Below, in pieces: positions 49,654-59,007 of a stretch of DNA of 64,000 nucleotides. Made by a program: the position numbers and the translations under genes. How positions within the stretch are numbered: position 1 is the stretch's first letter; each line of letters begins with the position of its first letter. The notes below the pieces were generated by a model. It saw only the letters and a program-made list of their open reading frames with translations, was not told the DNA's origin and ran no database searches. Location: contig JALSOH010000009.1 of assembly GCA_026986575.1 (NCBI GenBank), positions 192,001 through 256,000 of the forward strand. Reading direction: 5' to 3'. Origin of the DNA: Thermoproteota archaeon (lineage in GTDB: Archaea; Korarchaeota; Korarchaeia; Korarchaeales; Korarchaeaceae).

Positions 49654-50744
49654 GTGGGATCCTCTCCCAGTAGGTCTCCAGTGTAGATGTATGCCTTCAC
49701 CCTCGATCCCCCGCACATGTCTCTGTAGGGACAGGAGCCGCACCTACCCCTCAGCTGCGAGGAGTCGCCAGCGGCCCTGTATAGTGGATGGTTCAGAAGC
49801 TCCCTGAGATCATCTTGGAGGGCGTTCCCCAGTCTGAAATCCGTCAGGTAGTTGCTCAGGTAAACATCGCCGGTGGGCGAGATCGAGATGAAACCCCTGC
49901 CCTCCACGGAGAGCCTCCTAGTCCGCATTCTCTCCTCAGCGGAGGAAGTATCGTAGCCCTTCTCCCTGAGTCTCTCCATAACGTAGATGGCGGTGGATGG
50001 GTGCAATCCAATATCTATCTCCGCGCCTCCATGAGCATCACCCAAGATCATCTCATCTATGAACCAGTCGAGCAAGGACCTCCATTCATCCTTAGAAGGG
50101 ATCTCCTCCCTAAGTAAGGCCCCTCTACCCACCGGTATGAAGTCGCAGAGGTAAACCGCCTTGGCCCCATACCTCTCGGCCACGTCGAAGAGGTACCTGA
50201 TATGGGGGAGCACCCTCCTCGCCACCACGGTCTTTATGGTCAGGTTCAAGCCGTGGTCCCCCAGCAGCTTGAGCGCCTTGATTACCCTTTCGTGGGAACC
50301 GGGCATCCTAGTGAAGGCATCGTGCACATCCTCGGGTCCGTAGAGCGGGATAGCCACGTTGTCCACCCCCAGGTCGGCCAGCTCCCTTGCCACCTTCTCA
50401 TCAACAAGGGTCCCGTTGGTGCTCAGGATGACCCTGATGCCTAGATCCTTCAGCTTCCTCAGCAAGATCATTATATCATCCCGGAGGAGGGGTTCCCCTC
50501 CGGAGACGAATGTAAGGGGTCGCCCAGCCTCCCCCAGTCTCTCAGCTATCTTGAGCACCTCCTCAGTGGAGAGCTCGGGCGTGACCCTGCCCCCCTCGTA
50601 GCAATGGATGCACCTGAGGTTGCACCGCTCGGTGACGACCCATATCACCGAGCTGATCCCTCCCATCCTCAGGGAGGCCATAGCCGCCCTCTCCGCGGCC
50701 GAGAGGGCATCATTACCCGCGAACAGGGACTTGAGATGGGTCAT
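49635..50744 (-). CDS. Radical SAM/SPASM protein (AhbC/NirJ-like)
   Basis: CNLRCIHCY, SGGEPLLR, STNGTL and CGSCPYRDMCGGSR. Confidence 0.88.
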   Translation of the reverse strand: MTHLKSLFAGNDALSAAERAAMASLRMGGISSVIWVVTERCNLRCIHCYEGGRVTPELSTEEVLKIAERLGEAGRPLTFVSGGEPLLRDDIMILLRKLKDLGIRVILSTNGTLVDEKVARELADLGVDNVAIPLYGPEDVHDAFTRMPGSHERVIKALKLLGDHGLNLTIKTVVARRVLPHIRYLFDVAERYGAKAVYLCDFIPVGRGALLREEIPSKDEWRSLLDWFIDEMILGDAHGGAEIDIGLHPSTAIYVMERLREKGYDTSSAEERMRTRRLSVEGRGFISISPTGDVYLSNYLTDFRLGNALQDDLRELLNHPLYRAAGDSSQLRGRCGSCPYRDMCGGSRVKAYIYTGDLLGEDPTCLIQD

Positions 50745-50748
50745 AGCA

Positions 50749-51306
50749 TCACCAGCGCATCTCGATCCGTGGCATGATGTACTTGGGGACGAGGATACCA
50801 GCCAGCAAGTTGGATGCTAGGGCCACCAGGAAGATGGTAGAGACGATGAAGGCGCCGAAGTCTACCAACTTCCCTAGGAAGAGGGTTATGAAGAGGTACT
50901 GGTAGATGCCCGCGAGGAAGCTGGAGATAACCATGGTGAGGGCTATCGGCACTACCCTGTATCTGCCCTCCTCTGCCTCCCTGTAAACTCCCGTGAGCCA
51001 GAAGGCGGCATCTATCACCACACCTCTGACGAGGAAGGCCCCCAAGATCAGGAGGAAGAGGATGGATTGGAAGCTGTATAGAAGTCCCGCGACGAACGAT
51101 ATCGCAGTAGCCGAGTAGGGTTCCCTGATGACCAGAGCACCGATCAGGAGCACGATCGCGTAGACTATGGCCCCGTAGCTGACGGTCAGCTTGACGAAAA
51201 GGGCCGCCAGGAAGGCCAGAACGGAGAACATGGCAATTAAACTAACCTTCACGCTAACGCTACGGCTGCGAGGGACCCCCATGCTCCCACTTGGCGGGAT
51301 CAGCAA
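50749..51306 (-). CDS. Membrane protein, ECF S-component-like
   Basis: About 6 TM helices; VSLIAMFSVLAF AxxxA-like N-terminal helix. Confidence 0.55.
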   Translation of the reverse strand: MLIPPSGSMGVPRSRSVSVKVSLIAMFSVLAFLAALFVKLTVSYGAIVYAIVLLIGALVIREPYSATAISFVAGLLYSFQSILFLLILGAFLVRGVVIDAAFWLTGVYREAEEGRYRVVPIALTMVISSFLAGIYQYLFITLFLGKLVDFGAFIVSTIFLVALASNLLAGILVPKYIMPRIEMRW

Positions 51307-51376
51307 TTGCTTTTATATAATAGTTGCGTGTTCGGCAAAAGAGTACGTAGACCCCACACTTTGGAGGACTCTTGGG

Positions 51377-51781
51377 CTAGGGTTCCAACCTCCTCAACCC
51401 TCCCACTTTATCGAAATCCGTATCGTAGCTGACTAGGGTCGTTATACCATTCTCAAAGGCGGATGCAGTGTGTATAGAGTCTCTAGGTTTCATTCCGTAC
51501 TTCTCCATGATCTCCTGAGCCCTTAACAGGGTATTCTTGGTCACAGCCAAGAACCTCAGGTGAGGAAAGTTCAGGAAGAGTCTACCAGCTCTTACAGATG
51601 ATTCCACACCATCCACCTTCCGGACCACCCAGACCAGTTCGTCCCAGCTCAATGTGGAAGTGTAGGCCATCACCTCACCCGATGCTATCCTCTTCAGGAA
51701 CTCCCTCGACCTTCTTGCCTCCTCCACCTCGGTGTCGTATATGAGAGGGTAAATGAAGACGTTCGAATCAACGTAGAGCAA
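51377..51781 (-). CDS. vapC: PIN-domain toxin (VapC family)
   Basis: YVDSNVFIY, WDEL, PRDSIHTASA and SYDTDFD. Confidence 0.92.
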   Translation of the reverse strand: MLYVDSNVFIYPLIYDTEVEEARRSREFLKRIASGEVMAYTSTLSWDELVWVVRKVDGVESSVRAGRLFLNFPHLRFLAVTKNTLLRAQEIMEKYGMKPRDSIHTASAFENGITTLVSYDTDFDKVGGLRRLEP

Positions 51782-52025
51782 ACCTCTCCTCCACCTCCTC
51801 CTCGATAACGCGCTCCAGGTCCACTTTCTCCCTCAGCTTGTTTCGGACTATCCCACAGAATTCCTCTAAAAATTTCTCAGGATCCTTCCCTGGCCTTATC
51901 ACGATCTCTCCTTCCCTCACCTCGATCAGCACATCATCGCCGGGGCCTATGCCGAGGGCATCCCTGAACAGCTTCGGTATGACTATCTGACCCCGGGGTC
52001 CCACTCTCTTCCTGACTGTAATCAT
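51768..52025 (-). CDS. AbrB/MazE-family antitoxin
   Basis: VGPRGQIVIPKLFRDALGIGPGD. Confidence 0.9.
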   Translation of the reverse strand: MITVRKRVGPRGQIVIPKLFRDALGIGPGDDVLIEVREGEIVIRPGKDPEKFLEEFCGIVRNKLREKVDLERVIEEEVEERFALR

Positions 52026-52240
52026 ACTGGTCGATATGAATAATTCCTACACCATAGTTAAATTTTGCTTCGGTCCCGTCCCCGCCGTTAGGAGCACCTC
52101 CGATAATGTAGAGGCGCGCTCTGGCATGCATGTTGCATACATGAAATGGGAAGAGGCGCCATGCCGGCGGTAGAAGCTACGAGATGAATTTTAGTGCCTG
52201 AATCCGGGTAGATGAAAAAGCAGAAAAGGTAGAGGGGGAT

Positions 52241-54115
52241 TCAGGAGGGTAGGACCCCCATCTGCTCCATCCTGTCGGCCACTTCCTTCAGGCCGAGCCT
52301 CTCTAGGGTCTCCCTGGTGGGCCTGCCCTTGATCCAGCCCCTCACTTGGTAATACTCGGGAAGCATCTCGCCCAGCCTAGCTACGTGTCCCTTAGAGGGG
52401 CCGCCAGGTATGGGCACCTTGGTCAACCTGTCAGGCAGGGTATCATACTCCTCCCCATCCCCGAAAGCCATTGCGTTAAATGCCCTCTCGGCGTTGTAGA
52501 TGCGCTCTCCCACGGTCCTGAACTCCTCGGGAGTCATGTCCCATCCGGTCACGGCGCTCACTTGGGCAGCGAGCTCCTGATCCCAGTAGGCGAAAGTGAC
52601 GAACTTGCACACCACCATGCTGTCCAACGCCGCGAACACGTCCTGGAACTCCTTCAGGAGCTCAGCTTTGCCCTCGGTGGTGTATGGGTCGAGCTTCTTG
52701 GGAACTCCCAATATCTCGGGGGAGATCATGTAGGCCCTGAGATGGCATCCTCCCCTGTTGCTGGTCGCGTAACCGAGAGCGTGACCCTGCACCCCTCTCG
52801 GGTCGTAAGCGGGAAGGGACTGCCCCCTCACATGCATGGAGAACTCAGGCTTTCCATACTTCTTGGCCAATCTGTAGCCTCCGAGCGAGATGTCATCTCC
52901 GAAACCGCTCCTGTAGGCGGCGCGCCATGTCATCTCCACCACTGCCTGTGGGTTTCCGAAGTTAAGCTCCACACCGTCCAGCCTCTCCTTCTCCTCTTCC
53001 GGTATGGCTCCCTTCTCGTAGAGCTCCATCGCAACCGCTATTGCATTTCCGGTCTCTATAGTGTCCATCCCTAGCTCGTTGCACAGGAAGTTCGCCTTGG
53101 TGACGGCATCGAGATCGCCAGTTCCCGTGTTAGCACCGAGGGCCCAGACCGTCTCGTACTCCGGTCCATCACCGATCCCGGCCCAAGGTTTCTTCGTCTT
53201 GGAGAACCTGCCGCACGCTATTATGCATCCCCAGCACGGTTGCTTCTTCAGCAGGATCTCAGCAGCGATCCTCTCACCGCTGAGGTTCTCCGCCTCCTCA
53301 AACACGGCCTCCTGGAAGTTCCTGGTCGGGAATATGCCCGCCTGGTTAATTATGTTCACGAGAACGGCGGTTCCATAGTTCGGAAGTGCCTCGTTGGTGA
53401 CACCGCTCTGCTTCTTCTTGTCCACGGCATCCCTCAGCACCTCCTGGAACTTCTGCTCGTCCCCTATCGGCACCTTCATGCTCCCCACAGCAACTATGGC
53501 CTTCAGCTTCTTGGAGCCCCAAACGGCGCCGTGAGCGCCCCTACCAGCGGCTCTCCCCATGTCGTTTATTATCGCTGCCAGCAGGGAGAGCCTCTCACCG
53601 GCGGGCCCTATGCAGGCCACCTTTGCGTTCTTCCCATGCCTCTTCTCCAGTATCCTAGTGGTCTCGTGAGTGTCCTTGCCCCAGAGGTCCTTGGCGTCCC
53701 TCAGTTCAGCTTTCCCTTCCTCCAGCACGAGGTACACGGGCTCCTCTGATGCTCCCTCCAGTATGACCAGATCGAAGCCAGCGAACTTCATGTAGGGCCC
53801 GAAGTGCCCTCCGGACTGGGAGTCGTGCACCGTGTTTGTCAGGGGTGACTTGGTCACGCTCGTCCATCTGCCGGCCTCCAGTCCAGCAGCAACACCAGTT
53901 ACAGGTCCGGTGAGGACGAAAGCCTTGTTCTCAGGGCTCAGGGGATCTACTCTAGGATCCACTTCCTTCAGCATCAGGTAAACTCCTAGACCCCTGCCTC
54001 CAATCCACTGCCTCATTACCTCCTCGGGTACTAGGTCGAAAGTGTTCCCGACGGTGACCTTGCCCGAGGTCAGATCGACCCGGGCGTACCTACCCATATA
54101 CCCGCCTTTGGGCAG
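52241..54115 (-). CDS. aor: Tungsten aldehyde:ferredoxin oxidoreductase
   Basis: IGGRGLG, KSPLT, CIGPAGE, GSKKLKA, CWGCIIAC, GPEYET, LGMDTI and SNRGGCHL; probable CTG start giving MPKGGYMGR (ATG alternative at 54097). Confidence 0.93.
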   Translation of the reverse strand: MPKGGYMGRYARVDLTSGKVTVGNTFDLVPEEVMRQWIGGRGLGVYLMLKEVDPRVDPLSPENKAFVLTGPVTGVAAGLEAGRWTSVTKSPLTNTVHDSQSGGHFGPYMKFAGFDLVILEGASEEPVYLVLEEGKAELRDAKDLWGKDTHETTRILEKRHGKNAKVACIGPAGERLSLLAAIINDMGRAAGRGAHGAVWGSKKLKAIVAVGSMKVPIGDEQKFQEVLRDAVDKKKQSGVTNEALPNYGTAVLVNIINQAGIFPTRNFQEAVFEEAENLSGERIAAEILLKKQPCWGCIIACGRFSKTKKPWAGIGDGPEYETVWALGANTGTGDLDAVTKANFLCNELGMDTIETGNAIAVAMELYEKGAIPEEEKERLDGVELNFGNPQAVVEMTWRAAYRSGFGDDISLGGYRLAKKYGKPEFSMHVRGQSLPAYDPRGVQGHALGYATSNRGGCHLRAYMISPEILGVPKKLDPYTTEGKAELLKEFQDVFAALDSMVVCKFVTFAYWDQELAAQVSAVTGWDMTPEEFRTVGERIYNAERAFNAMAFGDGEEYDTLPDRLTKVPIPGGPSKGHVARLGEMLPEYYQVRGWIKGRPTRETLERLGLKEVADRMEQMGVLPS

Positions 54116-54274
54116 AAAACATCACCTATTGAGAATGAAGGGAAATCTAATATAACGTTTTAGAGTAAATAGTTCATACGGTTTCCTTTTAGTGATAACG
54201 TTAGAACATTCTCATTATCTTCCAATGAGATAACGCGCGTGGGATCTGGTGGGTGAAGAGGGAGGAGGGGACCC

Positions 54275-56128
54275 CTAACCGGATGAGTCCCTCCACGCCC
54301 TGAATCTCTCACTCAGGAGGCCAAAAAATTCGAACGCGGGCTTTATTATGATGAGGGCGGTTCTCCTATTTTTAACCAGCAGGTAGGCCGTTAGCATGAA
54401 GGTAGAGATGGCCAGTATATCTAAAGCTATCTGGGCGAATGGGAGGAAAGCCACTATCGTAGGCGGCAGAGCTCCCATCGCGGAGAGGCCCTTCATCGCC
54501 TCTATGACCGCTGGCGAGGAGATTAGCGCTATGAGAGAGGTGACGAGCGTTAGGAGCTCCACAACCTCAAGCTCGTATGCCACCACACCTAGAGAGATGG
54601 TGGCGGCTAGGATGAATAGCACCCCACCGAAGGCCACATCCGGGGACACGACGGCCAGTACAAAGGCAGCCATACCCGTCAGGAGTACAGAGGTCAGAGG
54701 AAGAGCCACCTTCTCCTCCATGCCCGCCATCTTCTCTAGCCTCGTCACGCTCCAAGCTATGGCGATCATGGAAATTAGTACACCGAAATCGGTGAGCTCC
54801 ACGAGGTAAGTGGCATCCGCGGATAGGAGGATGAGCACGAAGAAGGCCACCAGGTACCTGCCCACCGGAGATTCAGCCACCTCCCTCCTGACATCGAAGA
54901 TGTCGATCAGCATCTCCCTTAGGTGATTTGATGCAGTGACCAGGGCAGGGATGAACGTGGTCGCTATGCCCAAGAGTAGTGCTCCCTCGGTCAGGGCCCT
55001 AGCCCAGCCGGTGGTCAGGTCCACGGCTGGTATGGGTGTCTCGGGAACCTCTCCAAGCAGGTAGATAGCGAGCGAGTACACGATGAAAAGAGCCGCGGGC
55101 AGCACCACGCTGATGGCGAGAGCGTTCTTCAACAACCTCTCCCTCTCATCCCCCGTTCCCGGGATCCCCTCTGCTAGACTCTGTATCTCTTGAAAACCGA
55201 AAACGACCATATACACGAAGGCCATCGCTGGCAGGGCATCAAGCGAGAGGAGGGGGCCGGGAGAGGGATGACCACTCGCAGGTGACGCTAGGAGGGTTCC
55301 TATGTGTACCACGAAAAGTAAAACGAAGAAGGGACCCAGTACGTACTGAAGCTTAACGAGCGACGCCTCGTCGTTGGCGTACTTGAGGGCGACCAGGGTG
55401 AGAACGAATATGAGGATCTTGAGAGGGGTGTTCAGGCCAGGCGCCATGTCCTCCCTGCCGATGAGGGCTAATGCGTCCGGTACTATGTATGAGGTGACGA
55501 CGTCCATCAGGACTAGCATGTTGAAGGCCGCTAGGGATGTGTTGGCCACCCACATGCTGAACCTGGACGCCAAGTAGGAGGGGTGCTTGGGTCCGTAGGC
55601 CCTCCTGACGAAGGCCGGTCCGCCCACGGCCGAGCCGCCCATATCTTGGGTGAGCCTGTCCATCCTTGCATAGAGGAGCGCGAGGAGGAGGGCCGATGTG
55701 GAGGCTAGCACCACTCCCCAGATCGAGCTGAAGCCGTACCTCTTGACGGCCTCGGGCAGTACCACGAAGACGGATGGGCCAAGTGTAGCCCCTATTCCGA
55801 ATATTATGAGTTGGCCTAGACCATACTTTGCTCCCAGATGGACCCTCGCACCCGTCCTCTCCTCGCCCCCGAAGTTGATGAGTATCCTAAGAGCTAGGGC
55901 GAGGGTGAGCAGCAAAGGCACGATGAGCAGCACCAAGTAGAGTAGGGGGATCCCCGGTGACAGGACGAATATGTCTACCAGCAGGGGGAAGGCCATGAAG
56001 AGACTCAGTAGCCCCGGGCTCTCCTCGAAGGAGAGAAGACCAAAGGCTACCAGCAGCACCAGCGCGGCCAGAGCCGCCAAGACACCTATGACCACCATCA
56101 GGTAGTCCATCACACCTCTTATCCTCAT
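54275..56128 (-). CDS. APC-superfamily amino-acid permease with extra N-terminal TMs
   Basis: GIGATLGPSVFV, GGPAFV and VFGFQEI; many TM helices. Confidence 0.8.
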   Translation of the reverse strand: MRIRGVMDYLMVVIGVLAALAALVLLVAFGLLSFEESPGLLSLFMAFPLLVDIFVLSPGIPLLYLVLLIVPLLLTLALALRILINFGGEERTGARVHLGAKYGLGQLIIFGIGATLGPSVFVVLPEAVKRYGFSSIWGVVLASTSALLLALLYARMDRLTQDMGGSAVGGPAFVRRAYGPKHPSYLASRFSMWVANTSLAAFNMLVLMDVVTSYIVPDALALIGREDMAPGLNTPLKILIFVLTLVALKYANDEASLVKLQYVLGPFFVLLFVVHIGTLLASPASGHPSPGPLLSLDALPAMAFVYMVVFGFQEIQSLAEGIPGTGDERERLLKNALAISVVLPAALFIVYSLAIYLLGEVPETPIPAVDLTTGWARALTEGALLLGIATTFIPALVTASNHLREMLIDIFDVRREVAESPVGRYLVAFFVLILLSADATYLVELTDFGVLISMIAIAWSVTRLEKMAGMEEKVALPLTSVLLTGMAAFVLAVVSPDVAFGGVLFILAATISLGVVAYELEVVELLTLVTSLIALISSPAVIEAMKGLSAMGALPPTIVAFLPFAQIALDILAISTFMLTAYLLVKNRRTALIIIKPAFEFFGLLSERFRAWRDSSG

Positions 56129-56622
56129 CTCCCGCCGCCCCAGTGCTCCTCATACGCCTGTCTCAGGATGTGGGCCTGATAGAAGGCGACGACAGCGACT
56201 ACGAGCATAGCGAAGCCGAGCAGCTTCATGACAGGATCGGCGACTCCCAGCAGGTCAGGGTTCTGGGCCACAGCCTCCAAGAACGAACGCATCATCTGGG
56301 AAGTGTTACCCGAGACGGCGTAAGCCGGTGTGAGCAGATATATGCCGGCTATAAGGGACATAGCAGCTACGACCACCCAAGCCACTTGGAGCAGAAGGAA
56401 GTAGATCCTGTTCACCATCCAAGGATTGCAGATCAGTATCCTCAAGCTCCTCATTCTCCTAGTCTCGGACTTCCTCAGCTCCTCCGCCAGCTCCCTCGCT
56501 TCTCGGGGGGTGAGGGAGTCCAGCGCTCTCATAATGTCCGCTACCTTCTCGGACCTCGACCCCAACTCGGACATCCCGCTCACTCCTGGGTCTAAAAGAT
56601 AAACACTCCGGCCAGCGACCAC
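56125..56622 (-). CDS. Hypothetical membrane protein (2 TM)
   Basis: ATGA overlap with the permease; start uncertain. Confidence 0.65.
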   Translation of the reverse strand: MVAGRSVYLLDPGVSGMSELGSRSEKVADIMRALDSLTPREARELAEELRKSETRRMRSLRILICNPWMVNRIYFLLLQVAWVVVAAMSLIAGIYLLTPAYAVSGNTSQMMRSFLEAVAQNPDLLGVADPVMKLLGFAMLVVAVVAFYQAHILRQAYEEHWGGGR

Positions 56623-56661
56623 CTATGGGTGGGAGGAGATGTAGCCAGGTAAGAAAAAGGA

Positions 56662-58866
56662 TTATGGGGTGATGATGGTCAGCTCAAAACTCTCCACCAG
56701 ACCGTTCCTGTTAGTGTCCGACCACTTCACCAGAAAGATGCCCTCGTATCCTAGACTCCTCACATGGTTTACAGCCCATATTAGCCCTGCCCTCGTCCCA
56801 TACCTGGTGACCCCGGCGACCCTTACATCCCTCGTCGAGCAGTCCACCAGCACGACGGCGTAGTCCTCGTGACCGTAGGCGGCCCTGTAAACTCTCCCCC
56901 CGTACTTCATGGCCGTGTACTTCCTCCCCTCTCTGATGAACGTGACGCCGTATCTCTCCCAGCGGAAAGGGATCTTGTCCGGTCCACCTACGTAAAGGAA
57001 GGGCCCGTGGTAAATCCCACTGCTCCAGTTAACGTTGATTATGTAGCCCCTCAGCATTGAGAGGATGTCCTCGTTGAACCTGAAATCGGAGAGGGCAGTC
57101 ACATAGTAGTGAGATCGAGGGAACTGGTTCATTGAGAGAACGCACTGCATCCTGCCTGGATCGGGCGTCTTGATCCTCCTTCTCGGTTCTTCCTCCGATA
57201 CTTCAGGGCCTAAATGGCCCTTCAAGTCAGGTGTCTTCCTTAGGAATGTCCTGCTGAGCGAGAGGGATGAATCGCTGACTAATAGGGAGCTGTCGCTGGC
57301 CGTGAGGGCGGGCGTCACGAGAGTCAGGGTGCTGTCGGTCATTGAGAGGGATATGATTTGATAGGTCAGAGAGGAGTTCTCGAAGGTGAATTCGGGATCT
57401 ATGGATACTTGGTTGAGGAGCCAGTATATCCTCGTCACCATGGCGTCCTTCGCACCCGAGCCCATGGTGTCGGTGAATCCTCCCAGGTATATGTAGTCGT
57501 CCAAGCCAATTATCTCATTCATCCACTCGTTTCCCGCTCCTCCGTAGCGCCTCGATGCAACCAAATTCAGATCCGCGTCCAGCTTCAGGACTAGAGAATC
57601 CCTGCTCCCCCTACCCTCGGAATCGGTGAAGCCGACGACGTATATGTGTCCCTTGTAGGGCCTCAGGGTCGCGAAACCGTCATCAGCAGCTCCCCCATAG
57701 GCCCTCTGATCTATGAGGTTCAGGTCCCTGTCGAACTTGACGAGCAAGCCGTCGTGTCCTCCCGAACCGGCGGAATCGACCCAGCCAGCCACGTAAAGAT
57801 ATCCTCCTGAAGCCGCCACTCCGTAGAAGAAGTCGTAACTTGGCCCCCCGTATATCTTCGCCGCTATGAGGTTCAGGTCCCTGTCGAACTTGACGATAAG
57901 CCCGTCTTCGTTACCGAAACCGTTTTTGGTCACACCCACGGCATAGATGTAGTCACCGCTGAGGGTCACATAGTGGAAGCCATCGTAGGTTGAGCTTCCT
58001 AAGGCCTTCACGGCTAACACATTCAGGTCCTTGTCCATCTTCACGATATACGCGTCGTAATCTCCCAATCCAGCGGATAAGGTGTAACCCACCGCATAGA
58101 GGTACTGGTCGTCGCCTGTTATCTCGTAGAACCAGTCGTGAGTAGCGCCTCCTATCACCTTCTTTGCCACCACGTTCAGATCCTTATCGAACTTGACGAC
58201 GAACGCATCGTATCCGCCGGCCCCCTCGGAGTAGGTGTAACCGACTGCATAGATATACTCCCCGTCGGAGTGGGCGCCGTAGAATCCCTCCCAGCTTGAG
58301 CCACCGTAGATCTTAGCCTTGACGGCGTTCAGTTTCTCATCAAACTTCACTATCAGCCCGTCATAACCGCCGAATCCGGTCGAGAGCGTGTAACCCGCCA
58401 TGTAAATACTCTCCCCATCCGTGGTCGCTGCGTAGAACTCGTCATAATTTCCCCCACCGTAAGCGATGCCCCTGTCCATAGTGGCGACCTCGTCGCTCTC
58501 GCTTCCTGCCAGTGGGTTCCCGTAGTGCATTAGGATTCGGTTGTCACCTGGCATCACCTCCGGAACTTGAATCCAGACCTTGGTGTTGAACGTCCCGCAG
58601 CCAGACTCTATCCAGTAAGGGAGCGGATTTCCATCGAGATCGGCGAATCTGAGGTCGCCGCAGTCAGGCCTCATCAAACCATCGTCTATTAGCTTCTTGG
58701 AGTTCATGGTGAGTAGTATCTGATGATCGATCAACTTGTTGTATGGATTCTTGATTTCAACGTATCTTGCCTTCTCCCATCCAGCGTAATCAGATCCACC
58801 AGCGGGGAGCACCATTATCAGGGTGATGATGAGCAGTATTGCACTGCCCACTTGCCCTTTAAGCAT
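56662..58866 (-). CDS. Secreted protein: DUF2341-like domain, beta-propeller repeats and shared C-terminal domain
   Basis: CGDLRF.D..G..LPYWIE...KVWI...HYGNP; repeated DGLIVKFD.DLN...YGG blades; VRVAGVTRYGTRAGLIW...KWSDTNRNG. Confidence 0.85.
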   Translation of the reverse strand: MLKGQVGSAILLIITLIMVLPAGGSDYAGWEKARYVEIKNPYNKLIDHQILLTMNSKKLIDDGLMRPDCGDLRFADLDGNPLPYWIESGCGTFNTKVWIQVPEVMPGDNRILMHYGNPLAGSESDEVATMDRGIAYGGGNYDEFYAATTDGESIYMAGYTLSTGFGGYDGLIVKFDEKLNAVKAKIYGGSSWEGFYGAHSDGEYIYAVGYTYSEGAGGYDAFVVKFDKDLNVVAKKVIGGATHDWFYEITGDDQYLYAVGYTLSAGLGDYDAYIVKMDKDLNVLAVKALGSSTYDGFHYVTLSGDYIYAVGVTKNGFGNEDGLIVKFDRDLNLIAAKIYGGPSYDFFYGVAASGGYLYVAGWVDSAGSGGHDGLLVKFDRDLNLIDQRAYGGAADDGFATLRPYKGHIYVVGFTDSEGRGSRDSLVLKLDADLNLVASRRYGGAGNEWMNEIIGLDDYIYLGGFTDTMGSGAKDAMVTRIYWLLNQVSIDPEFTFENSSLTYQIISLSMTDSTLTLVTPALTASDSSLLVSDSSLSLSRTFLRKTPDLKGHLGPEVSEEEPRRRIKTPDPGRMQCVLSMNQFPRSHYYVTALSDFRFNEDILSMLRGYIINVNWSSGIYHGPFLYVGGPDKIPFRWERYGVTFIREGRKYTAMKYGGRVYRAAYGHEDYAVVLVDCSTRDVRVAGVTRYGTRAGLIWAVNHVRSLGYEGIFLVKWSDTNRNGLVESFELTIITP

Positions 58867-59007
58867 TATACCACGTGACGGATTGGCCCGGATTTTATAA
58901 TTAGATTGGTGAGAAGATATCTTCAAGGGATATAACGCCATTATTATCCCGTGATACCACTAGCAAGTTTTAATTAAATAATTGGTTTATTTTACTTAGG
59001 TGAGGGT

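Noticed and set aside
52346-53749. Plus-strand ORFs of 242, 105 and 169 aa
   Set aside because: Antisense shadows of aor
57700-57900. About 30-bp direct DNA repeat (gaggttcaggtccctgtcgaacttgacga)
   Set aside because: Explained by beta-propeller blade repeats in the coding sequence; no reverse transcriptase to suggest a DGR
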